Origin: the human T2T-CHM13v2.0 reference genome, Homo sapiens
Length of the DNA stretch: 64,000 bases
Direction: 5' to 3' (one strand)
Assembly: GCF_009914755.1 (NCBI RefSeq)
Contig: NC_060943.1
Under the pieces are notes generated by a model. It was given only the letters and a program-made list of their open reading frames with translations. It had not been told where the DNA came from and ran no database searches. Position numbers and translations under genes: made by a program. Each line of letters starts with the position of its first letter. Position 1 is the stretch's first letter. This document shows, piece after piece, positions 59,639 to 64,000 of this stretch.

Positions 59639-59828
59639 CTGCCGGGCTCAAGCGATCTTCCTGCCTCAGCCTCCAGCTGCCAGGCTCAGATGATCTTCCT
59701 GCCTCAGCCTCCAGCTGCTGGGCTCAGATGATCTTCCTGCCTCAGCCTCCAGCTGCCGGGCTCAAGTGATCTTCCTGCCTCAGCCTCCAGCTGCCAGGCT
59801 CAAGTGATCTTCCTGCCTCAGCCTCCAG
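59639..59828. repeat. Alu-derived 38-bp minisatellite, 5 copies, inside a minus-strand AluJ-like element (~59555-60001)
   Basis: Unit CTGCCGGGCTCAAGCGATCTTCCTGCCTCAGCCTCCAG starts at 59639, 59677, 59715, 59753 and 59791. Confidence 0.95.
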
Positions 59829-60167
59829 AGTAGCTGGGTCTACAGGTGTGTGCCATTATGCCGGCTAATTTTTTACATTTTTGTAGAAACGGGGTCTCCC
59901 TGTGTTGCCCAGGCTGGTCTCAAATTCCTGGGCTCGAGCAATCCTCCTGCTTTAGCCTCCTAAAGTCCTGGGATCATAGGCCTGAGCCACTGTGCCTGGC
60001 CCTATTCCAATCTTTATAGAAAGAAAATTCACATGACATGAACACATTCTTGCTGTCAAAAATTTTAATGACACAGATAAATCAAAATTCACCCATGACC
60101 ATAATCCCTCGAAACCTTCCCCTCTCCAGAGGTAACCATGGTTATCAACTGGGTATGGTTCTTTTCA

Positions 60168-60341
<174 letters not shown>

Positions 60342-61690
60342 TCAAACCCCACAACTCACCACGTTTCACATGCCTACATATAAGAGACATTAGGTAGTGG
60401 GGAGGGAGAGTAGCATGTGCACAGGTCCAGTGGCAGGAAGGAACACCACAGAGTTGAGGAAATAAAAGAACAGCAGAGTAGCTGGAAAGCAGTCAGCAGG
60501 GGCTGGCAGGCCAAGCAGATGGTGGGACACCATGGAAGAGATCCAATTTAAAAGGGTCTGGGGTATGTGGGGGTGTGAAGGGACGCATGTGGGGGTCCGT
60601 GGACGTGCAAGGGGACACTACCAGCTTTGTGCTTTGAAAAGATGGCTCTGGGCCAGATGAGGTGTCTCATGCCTGTAATCCCAGCACTTTGGGAGGCCAA
60701 GGCAGGTCAAATGTTTGAGCCCAGGAGTTCAAGACCAGCCTGGGCAACATAGTAAAACCCTGTGTCTAACAAAATACAAAAATTAGCCAGGCATGATGAT
60801 GCACACCTGTAGTCCCAGCTATTCAGGAGGCTGAGGTGGGAGGATCAACTGAACCCAGGTTGAGGTTGCAGTAAGCCATGATCATAACACTGTACTCCAG
60901 CCTGGGCAACAGAGTGAGACCCTGTAAAAAAAAAAAAAAAAAACTCTTCTTCTGACTGAGGGGATGAATGAATGAAGTCAAATGGTTACATGGCATAGAA
61001 GCTGCGAAAGGAAACCTGGGCGCAGCACACAACGAATGATAGCAAACTGGGGAGCAGGCTGTGAGTGCTTCGAAGAGTAAAGGGCCTAGACTGAGGAGAT
61101 GACGGGTGGATGCCCAGGAAGGCAGGAGGAAACGAGATGTCCTGAGCCCAGGGAGAAGGTATGTTAACCACGTGGTATGCTCCTGAGACATCATCAGATG
61201 AAGCCAGAAAACCATCCAGTGCACTTAACTACATGAAGGTCTCTGGTCCAGTGGTGCGATGGGGAGGGAAGCCAAGCTGGAGAGGTATGAGGAGACATGG
61301 AGAGGGAGAAGGCCTGGAGAGGTGTATCACTTGACAAAGCTGTTAAGGAGAAGAAGGAGGAAGTACTAGCAAGAGGGGACTGTGGGATCAAAGAAGGGTC
61401 TGCAGAGAATCTAGGAAAGGGGAACAGCGTCCACGAGCATGAATTTGGCAGCTCTGACCAACGGTACAAGGGCCTTGCCCAAAGTGTGTTTGGTCTTCTT
61501 GGCAGAGGTCTCGCTAGAGTGCAGAGGGATGCACCAGGTGATGAAAGCTTCAGGCTTTAGACGCTAATCATCACTAGCACTGATGGAAGCCACTGCACTT
61601 TACATTGTCACTTCATTTATGAGACAGACACTCTAGATTGAGGAGAAAATGAGGTAAGTAAGTTAGCCATGCCTAGAAACGACAGAGTCA

Positions 61691-62038
<348 letters not shown>

Positions 62039-63258
62039 CTAAATTACAGTTTGGGGTCTGGGGTTTTTCAGAAGTATGCAGGGGCTTTTAATGCCCACCA
62101 CAAACCAGGCATCACTGCAGGAGCTGCAATCCCTCCCAACCACCACCTGTGTGCCAGGTGCACATTCCCAAGTATGTGGGTGGCCACGGCCTCTCATCTC
62201 CAAATCCACCTTCATGGCCAGCTCATGTTACTGCAGCATTTCCACCCAGCCAGTTGGTACCATGGAAGGCTTCCTCTGTAGAGGGTGCTGGAGAGACGCT
62301 GGAGGAGCTGGGGCTTTGCTTTCTGATTCCAGCTTCCTCTGGCTCTTCCTTCCATGCATTAATTTCTTTTTTAAATTTCTGGTTTTAGAGTCCAAGGGTC
62401 TCACTATATTACCCAGGCTGGATTCGAACTCCCAGGCTCAAGTAATCTTCCCGCCTTGGCCTCCCAAGGAGCTGGGATTACAAGTGGGATTTCATGCGCA
62501 GATCCTTTCTTTAATTTTTTGGGTGGCCAGCAACATGCAGTACCTCCCCATGGTGGCTTCTCCTGGCCCCCTATCCCAGTGAGTTTCATTAGGGCAGCCC
62601 CTCAGCAAACTTCTTGGCCACCCGGCAGGCCACAGCTACATCCTCTCCAGGAAGGTGTGGATCTTGGGTTCTGGCTGAGGCTCCTCCAGAGCTGCTTCCT
62701 CCTGAAGCATCAGCCCTAGGAGCAGTGGCTGCTCCCCTGAGCTGCTACTCCTGAATTCTTCAGTATTCTCTTTACTCCTTAGTAGGCAATCCTGTTGTTA
62801 TTATTATTATTATTTTTAGAGACAGGGTCTCACTCTGTCACCTAGGCTGGAGTGCAATGGCACTATCACATCTCACTGCAGCCCTGACCTCCTTCCTGGG
62901 CTCAAGTGATCCTCCCATCTCAGCCTCCTGCATAGCTGGGACTACAGGTGTGAGCCACCATGCGCAGCTCCCAAACCTGTTATTATTAATCATTCTTTAT
63001 AGTAAATTTTCCCTCTTCAAGTCATTGTGTGTGTTCTGACTCCTGATTGGACCTTGACTGATATATGCTACATCAGGCCACACAATGCAGATGTTACACA
63101 AGGCAGGAGAGAACCAAATCTGGGGACATAGAAAGACATTTGGCATGTGTTGTGAGATGAAAGAAAGGTAACAAAACAGCATGCACTTTATATACATATA
63201 CTCTCTAAATTGTTAAAAATCTTATCTGTGGGAGCACAATTAAGTGTGTTTAGCTTTA

Positions 63259-63619
63259 TGATATGGTCTGGCTGTGTCCCCACTCACATCTCATCTTGAA
63301 TTGTAGCTCCCATAATTCCCTCATATTGTCGGAGGGACCCAGTGGGAGATAATTGAATCATGGGGCGGTTTCCCCCATACTGTTCTCGTGGTAGTGAATA
63401 AGTCTCATGAAATCTGATGGTTTTATAAGGGGAAACCCCTTTCTCTTGGTTCTCATTCTCTCTTGTCTGCCTCCATGTAAGATGTGCCTTTCACCTTCTG
63501 CCATGACTGTGAGGCCTCCCCAGCCACGGGGAACTATGAGTCCATTAAACTTCTTTTTCTTGATAAGTTACCCAGTCTTGGGTATGTCTTTATCAGCAGC
63601 GTGAAAACGGACTAATGCA
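63259..63619 (+). mobile_element. THE1 (THE1C-like) MaLR solo LTR
   Basis: TGATATGGTCTGGCTGTGTCCCCAC...GGACTAATGCA with a 5-bp TSD CTTTA. Confidence 0.92.
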
Positions 63620-64000
63620 CTTTATATATTTATGTATTTTTTTTTACAGTGAGACAGTATTACTTTTGTAATTTAAAAAGAGATGCACCTTTTACATAAA
63701 TCTAATATTTAAAAAATACGCCAACTGACCAACAGGTGTTTTCTGGCCCCAGGATTATGAGGCTGGCATTCTGTGTTCCCTGAGAAATGATTTACAGAAA
63801 CGTTTCCCTGAGCCCGAGCAACTCTAGGGCTGCTGACAAAGTAGTTATTGGTTGTCCACTTGATGCCTGGCTCTCCTTGTCACTTCTCAAATGTGAGCCA
63901 CCTCTTAGGAAACTGAAAACTTTTCCCTACCTTTGTTATAACATGCTGAATTCTCTCATTGGGATAATCAAATAGATATATGTCCACGTACTCATTCACC

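Overview
Human/great-ape-type genomic DNA, very rich in Alu and L1 repeats. It holds the middle and 3' part of CEP89 (CCDC123, a centriole distal-appendage coiled-coil protein, 19q13.11) on the minus strand. I read 12 consecutive coding exons from the sequence (56590 down to 4478). They splice in one open frame and match the CEP89 protein as I recall it, from DGKHPVLNLK to LGKLEEKVK. They are probably exons 6-17 of 19 (numbering from memory), and the start and stop codons lie outside the window. One intron has a GC donor. The rest is intronic: several dozen Alus, a near full-length ancient L1MA with two nested ERV1 solo LTRs, MER52, THE1, MLT2, Tigger and MER DNA transposons, and several minisatellites. 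Nearly all ORFs in the supplied track are Alu, L1 or VNTR artefacts. I cannot support a new multi-gene system here. The most unusual signals are: (1) a 52-nt double-hairpin element that looks retroposed, with a tail and target-site duplication (TSD); (2) a fossil ~2.3-kb Alu-Alu inversion shown by a split, half-inverted Tigger3; (3) a ~194-bp locally templated copy captured inside an Alu, bracketing exon 11; (4) a flipped Alu tail between tail-to-tail inverted Alus. Repeat subfamily names are from memory of the consensus sequences, and repeat boundaries are approximate.
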